This document shows, in pieces, positions 26,838 through 36,356 of a DNA stretch of 64,000 bases. The stretch lies in the NCBI GenBank assembly GCA_965242725.1, contig CBDESZ010000004.1, positions 192,001-256,000 of the forward strand, written 5' to 3'. The first letter of the stretch is position 1, and every line of letters begins with the position of its first letter. The notes beneath the pieces are model-generated. The model worked only from the letters and a program-made list of their open reading frames with translations, was not told the origin of the DNA and searched no databases. Source of the stretch: Alkalispirochaeta sp. (GTDB taxonomy: Bacteria > Spirochaetota > Spirochaetia > DSM-27196 > Alkalispirochaetaceae). Made by a program: the position numbers and the translations under genes.

Positions 26838-28913
26838 CTATTCTTCGTCGGTTTTGAAGCGGGAAACGTTGCGGCCGATGTGGCCAATTGCATCGGAGAG
26901 GCGGGATACCGCGGCGGTGAGCTCCTGCATAGCTGTACTGATTTCCGAGGTACCCAGGTCGATCTCACCGACACCGTTGAGAATTTCTGCGCTTACCATA
27001 CTGACGGAACTTGTATGATTCTTGATCTGGTTGCTTTGCTCACCGATACGCCGGGTTCCTGCTTCTACCCCGTGGGTCGTATCCCGGAGTGACGCAACGG
27101 CACGGCCGATTTCATCGGCACCGGTTGAGAGTTCGTTCATGGCACCGGTTATCTCGTCGAACGCGTCACCGACAGTCCCAATCTGACCTTCCACCATCTC
27201 ATAGTGGGCAAAGACGTTGTCCATAAAACCGGTCAGATTGGCGATGTCCTGGGCGTTTTTCTTGAGATTCTGGCTGATCATCTTGGAATTTTCCGCCGCA
27301 GATTCCGCAAGTGACCTGATTTCCGCCGCAACGACGGAAAAGCCGCGCCCGTGAGCGCCCGCATGAGCTGCCTCGATTGCTGCGTTCATTGAGAGAATAT
27401 TGGTCTGGGCGGCGATAGAATTGATAGTGGTAATGGTTTTTTGAAGTGTCTCAATGGACCCTGCCATATCTTCAACTTTTGATTTCGTTGCGACGACTTC
27501 CTGTCTTCCTTTTCCCGTCGTTTCGTGAAGGGTGTTCAGGTTTTTCTTTTTTGCCGCAGCCGTAGAGGCGACGTTTTTTATTGAAGCAACCATCTCTTCA
27601 ATTGACGCTGAAGTTTCTTCCACGGTGGACGCCTGTTCAGATACCCGTTCCATGAGAGATCGTCCGTCCCGATCAATTTCCTCCGCCGCGGTGGCGGACT
27701 GTTTTGCTTCACCCGAGAGGCGCTCCAGTTGTTGTCGGATGGAGCGGACCGTTGCTGAAATCTCGTCCGCCGACGCGGCGACCTGGGTGGACGTGGATGA
27801 CACCGTCTCTTTCCGTTCCTCCGCATCGCGGACCGTTCCCTTGACAGCCGAAATAAGTTGCGCCAGTACTTCAACAAAGGCATTGAAGTGGGCGGAAGTC
27901 GCCGCAATCTCGTCGTTGCGCCCGACATCCAGGCGCCTGGTGAGGTCTCCTCCCCCGCGGGCGTACTCCTCGAGGCGGCCGGCCAGCGTCCCAAGCGGCC
28001 TCAGGGTGATGGAAGCGACACTCCAGAGAACAACGATGAGAATCACCAGCCCGACAAGGCTCAGGGCGACACCGATCATCGTAAAGGCGGCGGCGCCGCC
28101 TGTGATGATATCCTCTTCCGCCTCGACAAAAATGTGCCATCCGTTGGTGGACTGAACAGTGTGGGATATTTGAACGCGGTCATCATCGGTGTATGTGGAT
28201 GATTCCGCGCCGCCCTCCAATAGAGCTGCGACCGGGGGATGGCCTGAAAAATCGACAAGCTCTTCCTCGCTCATGCGACCGGGGTCGGAATGGGCGACGA
28301 GAATGCCGGTGTTATCAACGACGTAGACGGCCTTTATCGTATCGTTCAGGGCTGACGCGACAATTTTGGAAACTTCCGAAAGCTCGGAGGCGACAAGCAG
28401 CACACCGGCGGGACGACCCGCCCCGTCGGGGGAGGGAATGGGAATACCGTACGCCACAGCCGGGGCGGGGGGAGTGAGCGAACGGCCCATGAGGATCTGC
28501 CGCGTAACCGGAACACCCGCCATGGCCTGGACAAAATAGACGCGGTCCGAACGGTTCCCCGATCCTTGGGTACCATTGCTCAGCATGAATACGGCGCCGT
28601 CGGCGCCAATCGTGTAGACCGTGTACACGTATTCCTGCAACGCCGCAGCGGCACCGGCGAGTGCCGAACCCTGGGTGGCCGCATCCATACGCTGGACCTC
28701 GGGATTGCTGGTGACGGCCGTTCCCGTGGTGACGATCAGCTCGTCCCATCGGTCTATCTGACGGGCGATGCCTGTGGCTGTGTGGACGAGATCCGCCGTG
28801 GCCTGGGCCAAAAGTTGTGACCTCGCGCGGAGCGTCAATGTGGTGACGACTGAAGCGAGAATAATAGCAGCCAAAACACCTGAAAAGAGGGTCAATCGAC
28901 TTTTTATTGTCAT
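26838..28913 (-). CDS. Methyl-accepting chemotaxis protein (dCache sensor, HAMP)
   Basis: SDRVYF and YVVDNTG.LVAH dCache motifs, [21 protein letters not shown]. Confidence 0.95.
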   Translation of the reverse strand: MTIKSRLTLFSGVLAAIILASVVTTLTLRARSQLLAQATADLVHTATGIARQIDRWDELIVTTGTAVTSNPEVQRMDAATQGSALAGAAAALQEYVYTVYTIGADGAVFMLSNGTQGSGNRSDRVYFVQAMAGVPVTRQILMGRSLTPPAPAVAYGIPIPSPDGAGRPAGVLLVASELSEVSKIVASALNDTIKAVYVVDNTGILVAHSDPGRMSEEELVDFSGHPPVAALLEGGAESSTYTDDDRVQISHTVQSTNGWHIFVEAEEDIITGGAAAFTMIGVALSLVGLVILIVVLWSVASITLRPLGTLAGRLEEYARGGGDLTRRLDVGRNDEIAATSAHFNAFVEVLAQLISAVKGTVRDAEERKETVSSTSTQVAASADEISATVRSIRQQLERLSGEAKQSATAAEEIDRDGRSLMERVSEQASTVEETSASIEEMVASIKNVASTAAAKKKNLNTLHETTGKGRQEVVATKSKVEDMAGSIETLQKTITTINSIAAQTNILSMNAAIEAAHAGAHGRGFSVVAAEIRSLAESAAENSKMISQNLKKNAQDIANLTGFMDNVFAHYEMVEGQIGTVGDAFDEITGAMNELSTGADEIGRAVASLRDTTHGVEAGTRRIGEQSNQIKNHTSSVSMVSAEILNGVGEIDLGTSEISTAMQELTAAVSRLSDAIGHIGRNVSRFKTDEE

Positions 28914-29029
28914 GGGGATCCTGTGTGGATGGCATTGTATAGTCACTGCCGTACTTTGTCAAAATCTCTTTTTGTGACGTCCGGCGTTCGATCTATACCG
29001 AAAATGGACAGGTATGGTAGCATGGAGCA

Positions 29030-29836
29030 ATGATCAAAGGACGTGAAAATCCTCAGGACGCGAAGATTCAGACAAACATGGAGCGTGTCTCCTATAAGAT
29101 CGCCGTGATGAGCGGCAAGGGCGGCGTAGGGAAGTCTACGGTCAGTGTGAATCTGGCGTGGGCGCTGGCGATGCGGGATCTGCAGGTCGGCATTATGGAC
29201 GCCGATATCCACGGACCCAATCTGCCGACAATGCTTGGGGTATCTGAGGAACGATTCTCCGGAAGTGAACATGAGATCGAGGCCGTTGAGGTCCTGGCAA
29301 ATCTGAAGGCCGCCAGCGTCGGTAACATCGGATACGACCGGGACGCTGCGCTCATATGGCGCGGTCCGATGAAGCTGGCGCTGATCAAGCAGTTTCTCGC
29401 CGATATCGTCTGGGGTGATCTTGATTACCTCATTATTGATACCCCTCCCGGTACGGGGGACGAGGCGCTGACGCTGGGACAGGAGATCAAGTCCATGACG
29501 GGAATCGTCATTGTGACGACTCCCCAGGATGTGGCTCTTCTGGATTCCCGGAAAAGCGTCGATTTTGCACAGAAAATGAATATTCCCGTCATCGGAATTG
29601 TGGAGAATATGGCCGACGGCGCGGCCCTGAAGGTCTTTGGCTCCGGAGGGGGCGAGCGTGCCGCGGCGGAACTGGGTGTACCCTTTCTTGGCCGGGTTGC
29701 CCTGGATCCGCGTATGGTGGCAGCGGGAGATACGGGCCGCCCCTTTCTCGCCGACCATGAATCAGAAGAGGCGGGCCGCCAGTTGCAGGCGATTGTGGAC
29801 GGCATTGTGATGTACTGCAAAGGAGTGAGCGGCTAA
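29030..29836 (+). CDS. Mrp/NBP35 (ApbC-like) P-loop ATPase lacking the CxxC motif
   Basis: SGKGGVGKS, DADIHGP, WRGPM, DTPPGTGDE, VTTPQ, ENM. Confidence 0.92.
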   Translation: MIKGRENPQDAKIQTNMERVSYKIAVMSGKGGVGKSTVSVNLAWALAMRDLQVGIMDADIHGPNLPTMLGVSEERFSGSEHEIEAVEVLANLKAASVGNIGYDRDAALIWRGPMKLALIKQFLADIVWGDLDYLIIDTPPGTGDEALTLGQEIKSMTGIVIVTTPQDVALLDSRKSVDFAQKMNIPVIGIVENMADGAALKVFGSGGGERAAAELGVPFLGRVALDPRMVAAGDTGRPFLADHESEEAGRQLQAIVDGIVMYCKGVSG

Positions 29837-29838
29837 TC

Positions 29839-30981
29839 GTGCGAGCACGTTACGGTAAATCTCGGACCGGGGCGATCGTCAAGACCGCCGATGTCTATAC
29901 ACAGAATGAACATGATATCGATCCGCGGGATCTGGATCACGATGCGGTCAAGGTGGTCCGCCGGTTGCAGCGACACGGACATGAGGCGTATATCGTTGGA
30001 GGGGCGGTGCGTGATCTTCTCCTTGGAAAAAAACCGAAGGATTTTGACGTTTCCACCGATGCAACGCCCAATCAGATACGCAAGCTCTTCCGCAACAGCC
30101 GGATTATCGGGAAGCGATTTCGCCTCGCCCATTTGCTCTTTCGCGACAAGATCATCGAAGTCTCAACCTTTCGTGGTCAGGACTCGGAGGGTTTCAAGAA
30201 CGTCTTCGGGTCGATAGACGAGGACGTGCTTCGCAGGGACTTTACCGCCAATGCGCTCTTTCTGAATCCCGAGGACAACACGATCGTCGACTACGTCGGC
30301 GGCGTCAAAGATATCAGGAAAGGGGTGCTGAAACCGGTCATTCCCCTGGAACGGATCTTTGTGGAAGATCCGGTACGCATGATCCGGGCGTGCAAATATG
30401 CGGTGACCGGTGCGCTGCGGATTCCCTGGGCGGTGCGGAGGCGCATACGCCGGGACCGTGCGTTCCTGGCGGATACGCCTTCGAGCCGCATGACCGAAGA
30501 GATCTTCAAGATCCTCAATACAGGTTATGCCGGGGGGATTATTGAACTTCTTGTCGACTACGGCCTCTTTGAGAACATGATACCCTCACTGGCTGCGTTG
30601 GCACGAAACAACAGGGCGTATCGTACGGCACTCCTTGAGCGGTTGCGGCTCCTTGATGAGAAGCGTCAGGAGCGGGGTGCCCTTGATCGGGCGGATCTGC
30701 TGGTCTTTCTCGTTGCCGACTATCTCCTGGAGCACGGTCCGTTTCACGGACAGAAACGTATTCCCTTCCGGGATGCCTACTACGGTATCAAGGAATTTCT
30801 CTCACCTGTGACGCCGGCAAACAAGGAAATTGAGAGTGCCATCAATGTCATTTTTCGGAATAAGGGTCGAATCCTCCACGATGAAGTGCCCGCCCATCTT
30901 GAGAAAGGGGGCGGACGGAGGCGTCGCCGTCGCCGGCCCCGTGGTGGTAAAAGTGGCGACGGTTCCGGACAGGCCGGGTAG
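29839..30981 (+). CDS. pcnB: Poly(A) polymerase I
   Basis: VGGAVRDLL, DFD, the PAP-diagnostic IIGKRFRLAH motif, RRDFTANAL, EDPVRMIRA; Arg-rich tail. Confidence 0.92.
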   Translation: MRARYGKSRTGAIVKTADVYTQNEHDIDPRDLDHDAVKVVRRLQRHGHEAYIVGGAVRDLLLGKKPKDFDVSTDATPNQIRKLFRNSRIIGKRFRLAHLLFRDKIIEVSTFRGQDSEGFKNVFGSIDEDVLRRDFTANALFLNPEDNTIVDYVGGVKDIRKGVLKPVIPLERIFVEDPVRMIRACKYAVTGALRIPWAVRRRIRRDRAFLADTPSSRMTEEIFKILNTGYAGGIIELLVDYGLFENMIPSLAALARNNRAYRTALLERLRLLDEKRQERGALDRADLLVFLVADYLLEHGPFHGQKRIPFRDAYYGIKEFLSPVTPANKEIESAINVIFRNKGRILHDEVPAHLEKGGGRRRRRRRPRGGKSGDGSGQAG

Positions 30982-31016
30982 ACCGGGCAGGAGGCTGTCC
31001 CGGCACATGCCGCACA

Positions 31017-32228
31017 TTATCCCCTGATGCGGTAGAGGATCCGTTCCGCCTGTTCCCGATAGCTCGGGTCAAGCTCGATCGATTCCTCAAGATACGTGAC
31101 CGCATCATCAAAGCGGTTGTCCGCATAGGCGTTGACGCCCAGGGCGTAGAGGGTTATCGCCTTTTCCGCGCCGGCGGCGACGGCGTCCCGATAGTACTTC
31201 TCCGCCGCTTCATAGTCGTTGAGTTTGTAATTTATGAGACCCAGGTAGTAGAAGGGGACGTGGTCTTCTCCGCCCAGTTCTACAGCGTTCAGAAATGAGT
31301 CGATCGCCGATTCATACTCTTCTGCGTCGTACTGTTCGATCCCCCTGGTGATCCAGCCCTCAAAGGTTTTGCGGCTCTCCACGTATCCCACAAACTCGTC
31401 GACGAGCCGGTTCTGGTCGACCCAGCGAAAGACGTGGCGATGAATTGCCGCGACGTTTTCTTCCCGCGATGCGTCGCGTTCCATTGCGCTGATGCTGTCC
31501 CAGAGGATCCGTTGAGCATCTTCATACTCGCTGTTCAGCAGAAAGCTCACGATTCCCCATGCCTGCGGATAAAATGATTCCAGGCGGGTACGCACTTCGT
31601 CGGGAGATGCAGAGAGCAATGATTCCAGTGGAATCGGCGTTGCATCGCCCTCGCCGGCGACAATTGCCTTTAACACATCCAGCCATGCGAGATTTTCCCG
31701 GTACTCGGCGCGCCTGAGCTCCGGGTCATAGTGTGCCGCCTCATAGTAGACGGCAAAGCCTTCCTGCAGCCACAGCGGGGGATTGTGAATGCAGGCGCGG
31801 AGAAACTGGACGAAACTCTGGTGGACAAAGGAGCGTTCCAGCTCTTCGTCGGAACCGTGATACCCGACAAGTTCACTCTTTACAGGATCATCGTAGTGAA
31901 GATAGACAAAGCCGTCCCGTTGCTGGTCGATGAGGCGATTCAAATAGGCATCGTACTGCCCCTGGGATGAAAACACCCGTACCGACATGGGAGCGGAGAG
32001 TTCTTCCGGAAGAAACCGGAACTGTTCATTGTAGAGTCCCGCAAGTCCTTCCAGCTGTCGGGCAAGGTCCCGGGCGTGGGCCTGGGAAACGTAGGAGATG
32101 ACGGAATAGCGATCCGATTGCGCCCGATAGGTTGTGTTCTCCTCCTGGGCGCCGGCCGTCACCGACAGTGATAGTATCAACGCCAGGGTGACCGCTGCCG
32201 TCCGGACGGGGTGTGCGATTCCGTTCAT
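31017..32228 (-). CDS. Exported TPR protein with a degenerate gluzincin-like (peptidase MA) domain
   Basis: Signal peptide; FVHQSFVQF...PLWLQEGFAVYYE; C-terminal TPRs. Confidence 0.7.
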   Translation of the reverse strand: MNGIAHPVRTAAVTLALILSLSVTAGAQEENTTYRAQSDRYSVISYVSQAHARDLARQLEGLAGLYNEQFRFLPEELSAPMSVRVFSSQGQYDAYLNRLIDQQRDGFVYLHYDDPVKSELVGYHGSDEELERSFVHQSFVQFLRACIHNPPLWLQEGFAVYYEAAHYDPELRRAEYRENLAWLDVLKAIVAGEGDATPIPLESLLSASPDEVRTRLESFYPQAWGIVSFLLNSEYEDAQRILWDSISAMERDASREENVAAIHRHVFRWVDQNRLVDEFVGYVESRKTFEGWITRGIEQYDAEEYESAIDSFLNAVELGGEDHVPFYYLGLINYKLNDYEAAEKYYRDAVAAGAEKAITLYALGVNAYADNRFDDAVTYLEESIELDPSYREQAERILYRIRG

Positions 32229-33154
32229 TTCTTGCCTCCATCTTTCCGTTTGCCTTTACTCGGATTGTTCCCCTTACTCTGGGCATTGTATGTCGGCTCA
32301 GTCACATTATCAATTATGATGTTCAACTCATCGATAATGATCCCGGAAAACCGTTCCACATGCTCCAGGATGTATTGCTGGAGACTGTAAATGCTGCCTT
32401 TCAGTTCCAGCCTGTAGGGCACCTGCAAGTGAACGTCAATGCGGTACCCGCCCTGATCGTACTTGATATTGACCTTGCTTATGGATATGCCCGGCGAAAA
32501 TTCAGCGACACAATGCATGATCATCTGGGTTAACGCCGCCTCACTCATCGTAATGGACCCTTTGTCGCTGAAACTGGGTCGGACGACCGTTTTCTCGTAG
32601 GCCTTGTCTTTGAAGATAAGGCCCATCCCCCGCCGCCAGATCACCTTTATGGAGTCACCCATGATCTTGGGGTAGTTTCTGTGGACCTCTATGGAAGGCA
32701 CGGGAATGACGTGGCGCCCCTGGGTTTTGCGGTGGTTGATTGCCGTCTCGATCTCTCCGGCGGTGGCGATTTCTTCGATACGGATAATCCGCTTCGGTTC
32801 AGGCAGTTTCAGCGTCTGGGCGATCTTTCGAACCATCCGGTCCGAAGTGCCGAGAATGAGTATGCGCTTGAATTTTGACCGTTCTATGGCGTGCCGCACC
32901 TGCCGCCGGTGATCCCGTTCCGTGAAGAGCGCGGTGCGTACCGCCGCCATGTATGCCGATTCCTTCTTTGCCGATTTTCCGGCGATTATTTTCTGGTCCT
33001 CTATGAGCAGACCGTCGTCTATGAGAAGGGTGATGCCGTATTTCTCCATCACCAGGCGCGCCCGGAAACTCTTACCCGTTCCGCTCTTTCCGACCAGGGC
33101 AAATACCTGTACCCCCCGAAAACGCCATATCATGTGTGAGAAGAGTTTTCTCAT
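32225..33154 (-). CDS. P-loop NTPase fused to an Asp23/Gls24-like C-terminal domain
   Basis: ALVGKSGTGKS, IDDGLLI, GRHVIPVP, EKTVVRP. ATGA overlaps with both neighbours. Confidence 0.7.
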   Translation of the reverse strand: MRKLFSHMIWRFRGVQVFALVGKSGTGKSFRARLVMEKYGITLLIDDGLLIEDQKIIAGKSAKKESAYMAAVRTALFTERDHRRQVRHAIERSKFKRILILGTSDRMVRKIAQTLKLPEPKRIIRIEEIATAGEIETAINHRKTQGRHVIPVPSIEVHRNYPKIMGDSIKVIWRRGMGLIFKDKAYEKTVVRPSFSDKGSITMSEAALTQMIMHCVAEFSPGISISKVNIKYDQGGYRIDVHLQVPYRLELKGSIYSLQQYILEHVERFSGIIIDELNIIIDNVTEPTYNAQSKGNNPSKGKRKDGGKK

Positions 33155-34227
33155 ATCTTTATTGTATCTCCCCGGGGACAATGGGTACAGGCGGAGGAGG
33201 CAACCTCGTTGAGTCGTCGCTCCACGGCGGAAAGGTCCCCGAAATGGCGGCGCAGCAACCCATAGGTGGCCGACGCAAGGGGCGCATTCCACATAAGCGC
33301 CGGCTTTGCCGTCGCGAATACGGTGGCGTGAAGGATATAGCGCGGATCTCCCCGAGTTATGTCGTGCTGGTCGTCAAAAATTTCCCACGGCGCACCACCA
33401 TATTTCTCGTCACCAAGAAGGGGTATACCCAGCGACGCCGCGTGGCAGCGGATCTGATGTGTCCGGCCCGTCTCGGGAATGGCCGCAACGAGGCCCGCCT
33501 TTCCGTTTGCCGTGTAGGCAAGTGGAAAAAACCTCGTCATGGCGGAGGTGAATCGCAATCGCCTGAGTGCGGGGTCCTTTCCCGGCGCATCGGTCGGTGC
33601 GGGTACGGCGGTACGGGTTTCCCTGTTGTACGCGATGCGTACATTGCAGTCCGTTCTCCGGGTGAGGAAGCCGGTGACCAGGGCGATATAGATTTTGGAG
33701 ACTGAACGCGTCCTGAGCTGCTCCGTCAGGGTCCGTGCGCCCTCGGTGGTGAGGGAAAAGAGCTGGACACCGCTTGTATTGCGGTCGAGGCGGTGAACCG
33801 GTCCGGGACGGAAGCTCAGGCTCTCCGACCACCAGCCGTTTTCGGCGGCAACGACACGCACCATCTCATCAAGGGCACCCGCACCGTGTGTGGAGAGACC
33901 CGCCGGCTTGTTGAGGGCGATCCAGTCATCACCGCGGCTCACAATGGGTATTGACCACTGGCCTGTGACGATATTTGTGCCCGCGAGACGCGGCGGATCT
34001 TTCGGCGTTTCCATGCGCTCCTGTCCGGTATTGTTCCAGTCGGGGTAGCCCATGACATCACCTGTTGAGACTCTCGTGTCATTCCGGACGCGTTTTCCGT
34101 TTATCCGTACATCGCCCCGCCGGACAGCCCCGGCGATTGCACCGGGCGGTACGTTGGGGAAGGCCTTCCGCAGCACGCGGTCAAGTCGTCTCCCGTCGTC
34201 GTCGGGACGTATCGTTTCTTCTTTCAT
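33151..34227 (-). CDS. RluA-family RNA pseudouridine synthase with S4 domain
   Basis: GRRLDRVLRK S4 domain, NKPAG, VHRLDRNTSG, TGRTHQIR, GDEKYG. Confidence 0.95.
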   Translation of the reverse strand: MKEETIRPDDDGRRLDRVLRKAFPNVPPGAIAGAVRRGDVRINGKRVRNDTRVSTGDVMGYPDWNNTGQERMETPKDPPRLAGTNIVTGQWSIPIVSRGDDWIALNKPAGLSTHGAGALDEMVRVVAAENGWWSESLSFRPGPVHRLDRNTSGVQLFSLTTEGARTLTEQLRTRSVSKIYIALVTGFLTRRTDCNVRIAYNRETRTAVPAPTDAPGKDPALRRLRFTSAMTRFFPLAYTANGKAGLVAAIPETGRTHQIRCHAASLGIPLLGDEKYGGAPWEIFDDQHDITRGDPRYILHATVFATAKPALMWNAPLASATYGLLRRHFGDLSAVERRLNEVASSACTHCPRGDTIKI

Positions 34228-34311
34228 CGACGGCAATTGTAGTGGGATGACCTTATCTTGACAAAGGGTCGCGGCAGCGAGGAAACTGCATTGGTGAACA
34301 ACCACGTGGCG

Positions 34312-34773
34312 ATGTATGCATTTCAAATGCTCTCCAGTAGAATGTTCCTCGCAGGTTTTTTCAGCTGGTTCATCGCCCAGTTTATCAAAATGGTGGTCGA
34401 TCATCTCCGCGGACGGACTCATGGATCACGGGATATGCTGGCGACGTTGTTGTGGCGGACCGGTGGAATGCCTTCCAGCCATTCATCAATGGTGACTGGA
34501 CTGGCGACGGCGATCGGTGTGCTTCACGGTGTACGCTCGGCAGTTTTTGTGGTCTCCCTTTTTTATGGCGGACTTATCATACGCGATGCCATGGGTGTGC
34601 GACGCTCTTCGGGAATACAGGCACGGGAACTGAACCGGATTGGCCTGCAATTGGCCAAGCGCTTTGATTTCGATTTTAAACCGGTGAAAGAAGTAAGTGG
34701 TCATACACCGAGTGAGGTGTTTGTGGGCGTCCTGCTCGGCTTTTTTACCGGGTTGGCCTTTAGTCTACTCTGA
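34312..34773 (+). CDS. Divergent PAP2 family protein (DUF212)
   Basis: GGMPSSHS, DAMGVRR, GHTP.EV..G motifs. Confidence 0.9.
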   Translation: MYAFQMLSSRMFLAGFFSWFIAQFIKMVVDHLRGRTHGSRDMLATLLWRTGGMPSSHSSMVTGLATAIGVLHGVRSAVFVVSLFYGGLIIRDAMGVRRSSGIQARELNRIGLQLAKRFDFDFKPVKEVSGHTPSEVFVGVLLGFFTGLAFSLL

Positions 34774-34787
34774 TCGCGTGGAGATAC

Positions 34788-36356
34788 ATGCGTCGATTTG
34801 GAGTGCTGCCGGTTGGACTTTTGATCCTTTGTACCGTCGCCGCGATTGCGGCAGTTGTCGTGCGGGGTGATCTGTTCTCCGGTGATTCACGATGGAAATC
34901 CTTCCATCTCCTCCTTGTCTCAACGGACTACGATATCGAAGAAATCCATGCAGCTCTGTCGCGGGCGGGACTGCAGCCCCTTGATATGGCCAATGCAACG
35001 GTACGGGTTGAAGACTTTAACGGCCAGGAAACGATACCGGTAGCCCAGCTTGGAGAGCGTTTTGACGACGCCGACCCCAGGGTCGATCCGTTTGTCCAGC
35101 GTGTACATGAGCTTTTCATCACCCGGCACGGAAATGGAGCCCATCATCTCATATACCTCCCGCGCACCGTCGCATCTACCGCCCCGTCCCGGGCGATACA
35201 AGCCGCCCTCGGACCGATACCGTTTATTTTGAATGACCGCAGCGGGGAAGCCTCTCTGCTGTTGAGCGGTATCGGAATTGCGGTGATGCTCGGGGTCCTC
35301 TTCTTTTCCCGGCAGCGCCTCTTCCCCGGTCTACTGATCATCGCCGTCGCCGCGATATATATGGTATTGCACGGAACCCCTGTGCTTTCCCGGAGCATCC
35401 TCACGGCGCTGGCGGCGATATACCTCGTACGGCACAGCGAAACGGTGGAGCGGGAATGGTTCCTGTACGACCGGACCGAACGGTTTCATTCCGACTATTA
35501 TCAGGCTCTGCGCCTCTTTTTTATTGCCGCCTCCCTGTCGGTTCTTTCGGTAGTCGTGGAGTCCGGGGAAGAGCGGTTTCAGTCGCTGATTTCCTACACT
35601 CTGTACGCCCTCGCACAAGTCGGCATGTACGGTATATCCGTAACCGTACGGGGATATCTCCTGAGGCAACGGGAACACCGCCTCTTTGCACCTCGTCCTA
35701 TCCTCGGGGAGATGTGGCGGCACCGACAGAAACTTCCGGAGCTCTTCCCGGGGCTGGTTGTTGTTGTTCCGCTCCTTATCGTCCTTGTCGCGGTTTTTCA
35801 CCTCTTCGGCGACCGTTTCACCACACAGGGTGACCTCTTCGTTCCTCTTCCCGATCACCACATTACGGAACTGCAATTCTCCGGTTCCCCCGGAGAGGCG
35901 GAACAGCTGCTTGCCGTACTGACACAGGGAGAAGCGGAACAGAAACCGTTGTCGACGGCGGGCTTTGTTGCACACAGGCGGTATCAACGCTCCCTGCTGT
36001 ACGGAGGAGCCTACGAGGTTCCCTCGGCGGGCGAGGCAGTGGGGCTGACCCGTTTCCGTCGCGCCGGGGACCGGATAGAGACGTGGGAGGAAGAGGTGCT
36101 GCGCTTTGACGGAGAGTGGGTGCTCAACGAGTTTGACGTCCCCGACGACTCGGCATATTCCCTCTTTGTACGGGAAGGCGGGGCGTTTTTCGTCCGATGG
36201 GAATCGCTGGGAAGCGTCCTTCTGACGCGGCAGTCGATGATCGCCCAGATATTGCTGCTTTTTGCCTTCCTCATACCACTATTCACTCCGTTTGGCTTGC
36301 CCTACCGCACTGGGCTTGGTACCGTTGCAGTCGCATCAAGGAGCGCGCGCCGTTGA
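34788..36356 (+). CDS. Hypothetical multi-pass membrane protein
   Basis: 522-aa ORF with several TM blocks and two soluble regions; stop overlaps the TTG start of the rnfC-like gene. Confidence 0.7.
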   Translation: MRRFGVLPVGLLILCTVAAIAAVVVRGDLFSGDSRWKSFHLLLVSTDYDIEEIHAALSRAGLQPLDMANATVRVEDFNGQETIPVAQLGERFDDADPRVDPFVQRVHELFITRHGNGAHHLIYLPRTVASTAPSRAIQAALGPIPFILNDRSGEASLLLSGIGIAVMLGVLFFSRQRLFPGLLIIAVAAIYMVLHGTPVLSRSILTALAAIYLVRHSETVEREWFLYDRTERFHSDYYQALRLFFIAASLSVLSVVVESGEERFQSLISYTLYALAQVGMYGISVTVRGYLLRQREHRLFAPRPILGEMWRHRQKLPELFPGLVVVVPLLIVLVAVFHLFGDRFTTQGDLFVPLPDHHITELQFSGSPGEAEQLLAVLTQGEAEQKPLSTAGFVAHRRYQRSLLYGGAYEVPSAGEAVGLTRFRRAGDRIETWEEEVLRFDGEWVLNEFDVPDDSAYSLFVREGGAFFVRWESLGSVLLTRQSMIAQILLLFAFLIPLFTPFGLPYRTGLGTVAVASRSARR

